From assembly GCA_964019335.1 (NCBI GenBank), contig OZ025758.1, forward strand, positions 124,001 through 188,000: a stretch of 64,000 bases of DNA, read 5' to 3'. The stretch comes from Diplonema japonicum. Lineage: Eukaryota; Protista; Euglenozoa: Diplonemea. The translations under genes and the position numbers were made by a program. Under the pieces are notes generated by a model. The model saw only the letters and a program-made list of their open reading frames with translations. It did not search any database and was not told where the DNA came from. Of the stretch, positions 42,296-52,218 are shown piece after piece; the stretch's first letter is position 1, and every line of letters begins with the position of its first letter.

Positions 42296-44440
42296 TTTTA
42301 GTTTTCTTTGAAACCTGAATTCGAGGTATCTAAATGAAGAAGAGGAAAGCGGTTCTGCTGCTGAGGTGGTACGTGAAGACGTTCAACCCGTATAAATTCT
42401 TGAGACGTATAATGTGAAGGGGAGGCGAATTTGTCGGGGAATTTGTGTCACCCCTCCTCAAGTTAAGAACATATATCTTGTCTTTCGAGACAAACATAAC
42501 ACATTTCAGGAGGGCAAGAGCGATCTCGCTGTGAGTTGTGAACAGTCAGAGAGCACATTCCCTCTGTTGAAAGGCAAGGTAAAACGCCAGGTAAAAGAAC
42601 ATTGAATCTCAGCCTCAGGGTTTTAAAAAAAAGTAGAAGGCAAAAAACCTCCAATGTGTATTTAACTTACACAAGCTGTAAGTGACCAGGTTGCACATTC
42701 TCCACCAAGAATTGGCAAAGGCAAACAAAGGTTGCAATCATCGCGATGCTCATGCGGTGCAAGTCTGGCCTCTGTCATCATCCAGCTTTGGTCTTGTGCC
42801 GAAGTAAGTAATCTCCAACACGAATATACTCAAAAACAGATCCTGTGTAGAGTACAGTCTTGCCCCCTGCGACTACCAAAACACGCTTACAGACAGAGAA
42901 CAGGGCACGAAAACACCACCAGCTATGCTGCCAGTAGGAATTCAAAACGAAAAAGTAGCGCAGCTGTAAATCGAACCGGATACCTCTGCAACCGAAGTAC
43001 AACCCATTTAGCTGGGGAAAAAAAAAGAAGGAAAAAGCAGTGTTTCTTGCCAGTGAATAAGAAAAGGGAGGGGCATTTCTCACTGCATGAAAGGCAGTTT
43101 TGCTACAGGTGCTTTCTTTAAAAAAAGATTGAAAAACTGTAAATCTAGGATTGCATTTTACAAAACCCATTTATTAAAGTTAAAACCCATACATTGCATT
43201 TTACAGAAAACCCATTTATTAAAATTAAAACGTTCTTTGTTGCCCCGGGGGGGCAAGAGAGAGAGGGAGAAGAGAAAGGAATCTGCGTTGCGATCAGAGA
43301 AAAATATGGCAAGGAATTCAAAGTACAGGACAACACCCCCTCATCATGGAGGGCCGCCCTTGGCAAGGAAGAAAAACAAAAAAAGAGTGTTCTGGGTATG
43401 GGTTATGTTTGCTGGCTTATTGTGCCCTGTCCGCCTTCCAAAGGCCACTTATGCTGTTCACTCCAGAGTCCCGAGAGGCCAACCCAACCCCTGCAACAAC
43501 TGCTGTTGCTGCAGCAGCACTGCACCATTTGCCTGTTTTTGGCAATGTACCCCATTTTTCGGTGCATTTTTGACAAGTTTGCGTGATTGCTTTCTTCATT
43601 TTTTTTCTTTTTTTTTTGTTTTTCTTTATTTTAAAAGCTAAAAGCCTGTGTGTGTGTGCAAATTTGAGATCAGCATCATGTCAATTTCAATGAATAACAC
43701 CGTGAGAGATTGATTGGGCGACAAAAAAAAAGGGAGGGGGAATATTTTAAAGAAGGGAAGTGAAAAAAAAAAAAAAAGAGGAGGAGGGGGGAAATGAAAA
43801 ATTTTCTTCTTCTTTCCCTCTATTCAATTTTCTTGTTTTTTTTTTTTCCCAACGTTTTTTTTTTTTTTCTTCTTTTTTTCTCTTCTTTCTTCTCAAGTTC
43901 AAAAGCTCAGTGATGGATATACAAAGCACAAAAAAAAGGACACGTCAACATACAGCCAGCCCTTTACCTCCCCCCCCCCACCTTAATTCGAAATATTGTT
44001 CAATAAATAGGAAAAAGAAATGTTAGTTTCACACAAACCGCCCTACTTTTTTCCCCCTCCCCCCCCCCCCCCCCCCCTCAAGATAACAAGGCACCCTTTT
44101 TTTTTTCATTTGGCCTTTTCCTCTCAAAAGGGGGAGGGAGGGAGGGGATGGTTCTGTGGGACCAGTACACTACAACTAGCTCCTCTCCCTCTCTTTCCTA
44201 TTATGACTTGATTTTATTCTCTTTTTTTTTTAATGTATTTCCTCGTTCTTATTTCAGTTCAAATTCTGCATTCGTATTGAATGCGATAAAAAGGGGAGGG
44301 GAAGGGGGGGGTCAACGGGAAAACCTCATCGCAGGAGAGACCGAATAAAGTGGCCTGCTATCAAAAAATACTGCATGAGGGGGGAAATGGGAGAATAGAT
44401 GGGTAGGGAGTAGGGGAACAGGGTGGGGTTCTCCTCCACT

Positions 44441-45676
44441 CTACAGCGCCTTGAGGCCCTCGGGGATGTTGAGGGTCTTGGGCTTCTCCCAGGTGAACCC
44501 CTTCTCGGAGGTCCTACCGAAGTGGCCCATGGAGGAGGTCTCGGAGTAGATGGGCCTCCTGAGGTCGAGGTCCTTGATGATGTCGTAGGGCCTGAGGCGG
44601 TAGTTGTTGTTGATGATCTTGAGGAGGTCCTCGTCGGAGTACTTCCCGGTGCCGTAGCTGTCCACGTAGACGGAGAGGGGCTCCGCAACACCGATAGCAT
44701 AGGCAAGCTGCACAATGCACCTCTTGGCAAGACCGCCGGCAACGATCGACTTGGCGATCCACCTGGCAGCGTAGCACGCAGACCTGTCCACCTTGGTGGG
44801 GTCCTTCCCGGAGAAGGCACCACCACCGTGCGCACCCCACCCACCGTAGGTGTCCACGATGATCTTCCTCCCGGTCAGACCAGCGTCACCCTGCGGCCCA
44901 CCGATCACGAACCTGCCAGAGGGGTTCAAGTGGTAGATGGTCTGTTAATTTTTTTGTTTTAGGGGGGGGGAAAGAAATTTATTGTGTACCTTTTCGTCGA
45001 GGTATTTTGCGGGGATGACCTCCTTGCAGAGGGCCTTGAGGTCCTCCCTGATCTTCTCGTTGGTGACCTCCTCGCAGTGCTGGGAGGAGATGAGGATGCA
45101 GTGCACGCGGAGGGGGGTCAGGAGCTTTGCGGCGCCCTTCTCCTCGACCCTGTACTCGACGGTGACCTGGGTCTTGGCGTCCGGGCGGGCCCATGCAAGG
45201 GTGCCGTTGTTACGCTTCTCGGAGTGCTTCTGGGCAAGCTGGCGAGCAAGCTCGTAGGAGAGGGGCATCAGTGTCTCGGTCTCGTCGGTGGCGTACCCGA
45301 ACATGAGGCCCTGGTCACCGGCACCGAGGTCGCCCTCGTGCTCGTACTGGGTGCACTGGCCGATGTCGGGGGACTGCTGCTCGATGGCGACGAGCACGTT
45401 GCAGGTCTTGTAGTCGAAGCCCTTCGCGGAGTCGTCGTAGCCGATCTTCTTGACCGTGTCGCGGAGCACTGTCTGGTAGTCCACCACTGCCTTCGTCGTG
45501 ATCTCACCGAACACCATCACCATCCCTGTCTTGCAGCAGGACTCGCACGCCACCTTCGACATGGGGTCCACAGCAAGGCACGCGTCCAGCACAGCGTCGG
45601 AGAACTGATCGCACATCTTGTCAGGGTGACCCTCTGTCACGTGCTCAGACGAAAACATGAAAGTACGGGTGGACAT
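44441..45676 (-). CDS. metK: S-adenosylmethionine synthetase (canonical MAT), 2 exons: 45676-44990 and 44941-44441, 395 aa
   Basis: [39 protein letters not shown] phase-0 GT..AG intron at 44942-44989 (48 nt) joins YLDEK|[11 protein letters not shown]. Confidence 0.97.
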
Positions 45677-45922
45677 TTTTTTTGGTTTTTATTGGTTTTT
45701 TTTTTTTTTTGTTTAGATACACTGGGGGGTTTCTTAAAAGAGAGAAAAGCAATGCAACAAAAAAGTGAGAAAAAAAGATCTTTTTTTTCATAGCAATCTA
45801 GTCTCCCCCCCCCCCTTTTTTTTTGAAACATTTCACCGGTATACATAATAATAATAAAAACACAAAAAAAAGATAACAACAACAATATAGAAAAAAAAAA
45901 AGAAGAAAAAACGTTCTTTCAC

Positions 45923-47602
45923 TCACACATCCCTCCTGTCGGCCATTTGGTACGACACATGCCTGTCTTCTATGTATCTCCCTGCAAGCCCTGCATGCCC
46001 CCCGCACTCCCGTAGTGCGTCTAGCGCTTGCGCTGGAGAGATGTTGTACTTTGTGGTGAGGTTCGCCACGCGCGGGGCCCAGTCGGAAACCCACGGGGAG
46101 TCGGACGGCAGCCCCGGTGCGGCACGCTGGAACAAATCCAGGTTGGCGTGCTTTTCCAAGGGAAGGTTGTCAAGAGAAGCAGGCACTTCACGCTGCAAAG
46201 GAGAAGCCGACTCCACATCAGAAGGATCCGAGTCCAAACCCAAGTCTTCCGTAAACCCCGTGAGAGGGAAAGGCGTTGTCAGTTCCACCGCCCGAACATC
46301 CGTCCACGGCACAGCATCTGCCTTCTGCTTGTGCCTGTAGAACAGCAACGCCAGTATGAGAATCACACAGCACAGCATCAAACCCAAAATGACCCAAAAT
46401 ATAGGATTATCGTCACCATCAATGGGAACCTCCGTTGGTGTCGGCGGGGGTGTGATTGTCACGCTCAATGTAAGCGATTTCGACTCGCTCTGAGTGATGC
46501 TCTCAGTCAACGTCGGGCTCAGCGAAACCGAATGTGATTCGGTCTCCGTTTTTGTCAACGTCGCTGTGGGAGTTGGTGGGAACATCGGTGGGAGATACTC
46601 TTCAGGCGCCCATGGTCTGTTCCCAGCCTTGACCTGACACAGTGATTGAAACTCGTTCTCGCAGTTCTCCGAACACAGATCCCCTGTGTTCGCACCACAC
46701 GTCACCAAAGGCGTGTAACTAGGACCCGAACCGGCTATGTAAGCACACGCTCCCAATTGATTTGTTGTGTCTCTGCTGTCGTACCACGATGGTACGTATG
46801 TTACAAGCGGGTCCACCCACGTCCATGCCTGGGTGGCGACAGGTGCGGTTCTTGATGCCGAGAGCCATGCTCGGTCTACGCCTGTTAAGAGATTTTGAAT
46901 CATCTCTCCTTCGACGTTGTCCAGGAGCGATGAGAGGATGGCTCTGCCGTTCCCGCCTTGTGCTGGGTCTTTGCATACGGCCTCCGCAGCCGCACCGCCT
47001 GATGTCAAGACGTTGAGGAGCTTGTAGCAGGCTTGGTCGAAAAGCTTCCATGTGGCGATGTCGGGTGGGTCGCAAGCGTTCCCTGCAGCCGATTTGTAAA
47101 AACACAAAACCGGCATCATTACGGAGCAGTCCTCCTCGCATATGACAGGGGCTCCGGTTGGGTAGGCTACGGTTGGGTATTTGCACATTGTGCCTGCGCC
47201 ACCGCCGACGTAGGCGCAGTTTTTTGTGAGGTCGATGTCAGGCCGCGAGGCGGCCCATCGGTCTTTTTTTACATCTTCTGGTCCCGTTGGGAGCTTCCAT
47301 TGCCATCCAGACCTTGGTGCTTCGTCACGCATGCCGACCCAGAATTCACTGCCGTCTTCAACCAAACCTCCTATCCTGATCTGAGTGGCGGCAGACTCTA
47401 CTGAGTACAGCTCTGCTCCAAGTTGCATCCTCTCACATGCTGCGGACCCCCACGATGTCTTCTCTATGGTAGCTTTTACGCATCTTGCGCCACCGTCGAA
47501 CGCCCACCCAGGCTCGCACGGTTCTCCACCTGTTACGTTCCTCGTGTGTATCAGAAGCGTCAGAAGCACAGCAGTCAATGTTTTCGATAAGCGGTTCATC
47601 AC
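45923..47602 (-). CDS. Type I membrane protein: two C-type lectin-like domains, S/T-rich stalk, TM helix, cytoplasmic UBA-like tail
   Basis: Signal peptide; CEPGW...C...SW..A.C...FWVG; second WKLFDQACY...AWLSA; TM FWVILGLMLCCVILILALLFY; tail AQALDALRECGGHAGLA. Confidence 0.8.
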   Translation of the reverse strand: MMNRLSKTLTAVLLTLLIHTRNVTGGEPCEPGWAFDGGARCVKATIEKTSWGSAACERMQLGAELYSVESAATQIRIGGLVEDGSEFWVGMRDEAPRSGWQWKLPTGPEDVKKDRWAASRPDIDLTKNCAYVGGGAGTMCKYPTVAYPTGAPVICEEDCSVMMPVLCFYKSAAGNACDPPDIATWKLFDQACYKLLNVLTSGGAAAEAVCKDPAQGGNGRAILSSLLDNVEGEMIQNLLTGVDRAWLSASRTAPVATQAWTWVDPLVTYVPSWYDSRDTTNQLGACAYIAGSGPSYTPLVTCGANTGDLCSENCENEFQSLCQVKAGNRPWAPEEYLPPMFPPTPTATLTKTETESHSVSLSPTLTESITQSESKSLTLSVTITPPPTPTEVPIDGDDNPIFWVILGLMLCCVILILALLFYRHKQKADAVPWTDVRAVELTTPFPLTGFTEDLGLDSDPSDVESASPLQREVPASLDNLPLEKHANLDLFQRAAPGLPSDSPWVSDWAPRVANLTTKYNISPAQALDALRECGGHAGLAGRYIEDRHVSYQMADRRDV

Positions 47603-47880
47603 ATTTTCTTCTCTCTATTATGTTTCTTTTTTCCTGACGGGTGTTTTTTTATAGACTTTTAAGAGAGAAGGAATCGCGAGAGAAGAAAAAAAAAAAAAGA
47701 AAGAAGAAAAAAAAAGATACGATAGATGAAAAAAAAGGACCAGAGGAAGGAACAGAATTAGAAAGAAAGAATTTTTTTTCTTTAAAAAAAAGGGGTACAA
47801 AAGATCAGATATCTTGTATTCCCCTTCCATCCTTTCTTCTTTTTATTTTTATTCTTTTCTTTTTTTTAACATGGGTGTTC

Positions 47881-49065
47881 TTAGTCCACACCAAGTGCAG
47901 GAGGCTGTGGTGGCGGTGTGGGTTGATGGTATTTTGCCTGTTGTCTCTGCTTTGCGGCAACTCTCTGCTGTTTCATCTTGGTAGATGATCGAAGAGCTGC
48001 AAGCTGGGCTTCCCGGTCCCTCACCTTGCTCTCCGCCAAGGAGAGCTCCTTCCGAAGCGACATAACCTCCTTCACAAGGTGATCCTTAGTAAGAACCCTC
48101 GAAGAGGGCCTTCTACTAGGCAAGGATTTCGGTGGAAAAGGTTGAGGAAGTGAATTTCGAACCGGTGCCCCGTAGACGGATATTTTCCTACGGTGCTGGC
48201 TGTTTTTTACAGGGCTTGGTGCTGCACTCTGAACAGGAGGCAGACAGGCCCGCAAGGCATACCCGCAAAGGTCCATCATTCTCTCTTCAGGAACATCATC
48301 TTCGCTTGCTGCAGACGTTTGGAGGAGAAGGTACTTTGCAGGGACTTCTTCTGGTGGGCTTTCCGAAGGGGTGGTCTCAAAGATGACAAGAACGACACCA
48401 GGACGCGTGGCGGAGCACCCAACAACCTTCCCAAGAATGCTTGGGGCGAGCTGCGAAATGACAAGATCCCCGGATTTGAACAGACATGGGGACACGTTTG
48501 CAACAGGGGGCTTCGTTTTCATCGCTGCTAATGAAGATTTTATCGGGTAGAAGGTCGAATAGCTGTCGAGTTCGAGAATGGAGGTTGCTTTCTTGTCGAA
48601 CAGAGTTTGGGAAGGGTTCGGGTTCGGGGGCCGTTTTTTTATTTTGTTCAGCATTGTGAGCAGGAAGAAAGGGTACTTTATCTTGCCCCGTCGCGGGGAC
48701 ACCAGGGTGCTGCTGTTCCCAGTTGCAAAATAACCCATGGCGTCGTTCAGGACGCTGGTGCTGATGGACCCGTTGCCTTCGCTCCCCCCTCCCAGTCGAA
48801 TCCAGACTTTTCTCAGATCGGTGTCCCAGTGCCATGCCCACACCGCACGTAAAACCTTTAAGAACTCCAACCCTGTAAGTTGCCTCTCCTCAACTTTCCC
48901 CAACGTGTTTAAAATTTCAGCACAACAGGCATCTAATGCTTTTGCGTGTAACTCACTGTCCCACCAAGGGACCTTGGCAGAAGCCACCTTTACCGCATCC
49001 CTTCCCTCTTCCCAGTCCTGTCTGAGCTGCTGGGCTCCGTCCCGGGTTAATTGCCATTTTTTCAT
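47881..49065 (-). CDS. Hypothetical protein (possible degenerate EF-hand-like segment and C-terminal coiled coil)
   Basis: 394-aa ORF with balanced composition between homopolymer-rich spacers; LGGGSEGNGSISTSVL loop; heptad-like LVKEVMSLRKELSLAESKV. The 5' end may be incomplete. Confidence 0.6.
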   Translation of the reverse strand: MKKWQLTRDGAQQLRQDWEEGRDAVKVASAKVPWWDSELHAKALDACCAEILNTLGKVEERQLTGLEFLKVLRAVWAWHWDTDLRKVWIRLGGGSEGNGSISTSVLNDAMGYFATGNSSTLVSPRRGKIKYPFFLLTMLNKIKKRPPNPNPSQTLFDKKATSILELDSYSTFYPIKSSLAAMKTKPPVANVSPCLFKSGDLVISQLAPSILGKVVGCSATRPGVVLVIFETTPSESPPEEVPAKYLLLQTSAASEDDVPEERMMDLCGYALRACLPPVQSAAPSPVKNSQHRRKISVYGAPVRNSLPQPFPPKSLPSRRPSSRVLTKDHLVKEVMSLRKELSLAESKVRDREAQLAALRSSTKMKQQRVAAKQRQQAKYHQPTPPPQPPALGVD

Positions 49066-50089
49066 TTTTGGCCCTTCTTTTTTTTGGTGGGGTGTATTTT
49101 GTTTTTTTTTTTTTGAAACGGTTTAAAAAAAGAAAAAAAGAAAAAAGAAAAAGAAGAAAAGGAGGGAGAAAAAAAAGGAGAACAGAACAGAGCACAGGAA
49201 AGAAAAAGGAAAGGAATCTCTCTTCTTTTCCCCCATTTCTGTGTTCCATCCTGTCCGTCACTTCCCCCCCCCCTTTTTTCTTTTCTTTTTTTTGCGGGCT
49301 GGGTCAGACGTCGAGATGCCTACATAAGGTGCAATGGGAAAAAAAAAGAAGCTGTAAAAGGCCCCTTTTCTTCTTCAATAAAAGGTGGAAAAAAAAAAGG
49401 AATAGGAAAAAAAAAAGAGAACAAACTCTCCCTCCCTTCAGTTGGGTTTATATTTCCTTCGCCTGGTTTCGTGCTCCCACACCACCTTATTTTGTTTAGT
49501 TTTTTTTATAAGGAGCTTGAAACGGGGGAAAAAAAAGGGGAAAGAAAGAGAAAGAAAAAAAAAAGGGGGGAAAGGAAAGGGAAGAAGCAAAAGAAAGAAA
49601 AAAAAGAGTTTTTGTACAAAGACTGCAAAGCAAGGTTTTAAATCATCTCCTCCCCTTCTTTTTTATTTTTTTTTTGTTTTTTTTAAAGGTAGTGTTGATG
49701 CCTTGATCCATGCCGTTTCGCCCTCTTACGTGGCTTTAGGTGGCAAGATTGGCTATTCTGTATTTAAAAAAAAAAGGGAGAAAACCCATTGCTCTGCATT
49801 TGCCTCATGTTCCTCTTTTTTGTTCGCTTCCCCCTCCCCCCCCTTTTTTATCTTTTTCATTTTATTTTCCCCCCTTTCTATTCTTCCCGACAGCTTACTG
49901 GGTCACAAGGAAAAAAATAAACACCGATCTGCTAGGGAATGGATGTACTGGGACGAGATTTTTTTTTTTGTTTTCTTGTTCTCTTTTTTTTCAATATGCA
50001 ACAAGATTTTTTTTTTTTTTTTTTTTTTTTTTAAAGGAGAACAGAAAGTTATTTGTGTCCACACGCCGTAAAAAATTTTTTTACGGCGC

Positions 50090-50414
50090 TTAGGCACCTC
50101 AACCTGCAGAGGCCCCAGATTGCACTGTTATTGTTGTTTTTTTTTTTTTTTTTATTATTATTATTATTTTCCACACCTTGGCCTTTACCAATACCGTGGA
50201 TGTTTCCACCGGGCCCAGACCCACCACCACTGCCACCGCCATTTCTTCTAGATTTTTGTAAAACGTCTTTGTGCTCATCCAGCGACTGGTTAGGCAACAT
50301 AGACATAAAGAAAAAAGCAACCAAGTTCAAGAAAGCGAAAAAGAACTCTTGGGCTTTAACAAACAGAGGCTTTTCCACCACCCGGCCACCGCTCAAATAC
50401 ATGCCTTCCTTCAT
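50090..50414 (-). CDS. SELENOK: Selenoprotein K (SelK/SelG family), 2 exons (50414-50177, 50124-50090), predicted Sec at UGA 50099-50101
   Basis: MYLSGGRVV N-terminus, one TM helix, Gly-rich segment, GNIHGI. Removing the GT..AG intron 50125-50176 gives ...GKGQVQSGASAG-UGA-GA-UAA, the SelK pattern of Sec third from the end. The start may be Met at 50402. Confidence 0.8.
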
Positions 50415-52218
50415 TTTTTTTTCTTTTATATTTTAGTATTATTTTTTTTCTCTCTCTCCCCCCACCCCACCCACTCACTACCACCTGGGTTTTTTTTTTT
50501 TTTTTTTTTTTTTTTCGTGGTAAAATAAAGAAGGAAAAAAAAAAGCTGCCAAGGAAAAAAGAAAAAAAAAAAAAAAAAAAAAGGTAAAAACAAAGAAACC
50601 GCGAATCCCTCTTTTTTTTTTTCTTCCCGCTCCCCTCCTCCTATAGTTTCTTTCTTTTTTTGCTAGCTTTCTTCTTTCTCTCTGAAAAAGAAAGAAAAAA
50701 AAAAACTCCCCCCCTTCCCTAGTAGTGTCTTTCTTTTTTTTTCTCCCCCCTTTTTTTGCCTTTGAAAGAGAAAGCAGAACAAGAAGGAAACAAAAAAAAG
50801 GGAAAAAAAAAGACCGATATAATTAAATGTAAAGAAAATGGAGGGAGAGGGGGGGGTGTGAGAAAAAAATTTGAGGTTCTTTGAAAGGGTGTGAGGGATG
50901 GGGGATAGGGGAAAAGAATCGTACATTTCTCTTTCTTCTTTTTTTTTTCCCCAATGTTTGAAAAAAAAACTTCATTTTTTGGTCACTGAATGTTTACCCC
51001 CCTGGGCTGAAGTGAAGTTATAACGAAAAAGAAAAGAAAAGAAAAGAAAAAGAAAAGAAAATTTACGCAGAGAGGAACGAGAAAAAAAAAACAAATACAA
51101 AAAAGTCATACCATGCACCTTGAACCAAGAGAAACAAAAAAAAAGAAAGGGATGGGAAAAAAAAAAAAAGGCATTCCACTAATTAAGCTTCTTTCTTCTT
51201 CAGGTTTCTTTTTTATTTTTCTCTTTGTTCCTTGCGCCTCATTGTTTTGTTTTTTTCTGTATTTTTTTTTCTCCTCTCTCTTTATTATCACAAATTGTAT
51301 CCACCAAAAAAAGTTGTAAGATTCAAAAAAAAAAAGAAAGTGAAATAACTTGGTACTTTTACTGAAATCTGTAGTACCGTGAGTGCATAACGAAATGCTA
51401 TTAAACCTCTTTTTTATTTCCTCTTTTTGTTCTTCTTTTTTTACATGCACCTCCTCTTATATTGGGCCATAGGGAGCCCTTTATCTGGCCACCTGTTCAC
51501 GAATAAAAAGAAAGAAAGAAAGAAAATCTTCAGCAAGATTTTCTTCTCACCGTTGTATCAATTTTTATATAAGAAATTTTGTGTGAACCGAATACCATAG
51601 GATGGGCACCTTGGGGCCTTGTTTTTTTTTTTTTTTTTTTTTTTTTTGTTTTTGAAACAAAAACTTTTAAAAAAAAAGAGAAAAGGGTTCGAGGGCTCAA
51701 CAAACGTCTTCTTCTTCTTCTTCTTTTTTTTTTAAAAAAAGAAATAGGCTTGAAAGGTTTCCTCTAACAAACAGGAAACAATACTTTAGGGTAAGAATGG
51801 GAGTGACAATGGACCTGTCAAGGTCGAGGGAAGAAGAAGGTGAAAAAACAAAAAAAAAGGGGGGGGAAGGTATTTGACAGCTTTTCGAGGGGAAGATAAA
51901 AAAGTATGGAAAAAAAAAATAAAGCAAGCTGGATGCGAACTGCACCTTCAAAACAAAGGGAGAATTTTTTTTTCCGTCTCAAGAGAAAACATACGAAAGT
52001 GGGAACGGGGGGGCAGACGGCACGGGGGGTAAAAAAAAAAGTACGTACAGAGGTGGGGGGGGGGCTTATTGTCAGTACAAAAATATCGTACCTTTTTTTA
52101 GTGCCTCAGCATAATCCCCCCCCCAAAAAAAAGAAAGAATACAACACGCTCAGTTCACTTTCAAGTCACATGATTTGGTTGTAGTCCCCCCTCCCTCTTT
52201 CCGCACTCCCTCGCTGTC

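Noticed and set aside
42878-42905. ACAGAGAA box suggesting U6 snRNA or a METTL16 site near MAT
   Set aside because: Flanks do not match U6, and it is antisense to the MAT transcript
49690-49765. Hairpin-forming island as SECIS or H/ACA-like snoRNA
   Set aside because: It has AAA plus a GCC/GGC mini-stem but no RUGA core; a snoRNA call cannot be supported without target matching
50049-50176. Unspliced 121-aa version of the small ORF (NNNNKKKK tail)
   Set aside because: The low-complexity stretch is an A-rich GT-AG intron; splicing gives a SelK-like end
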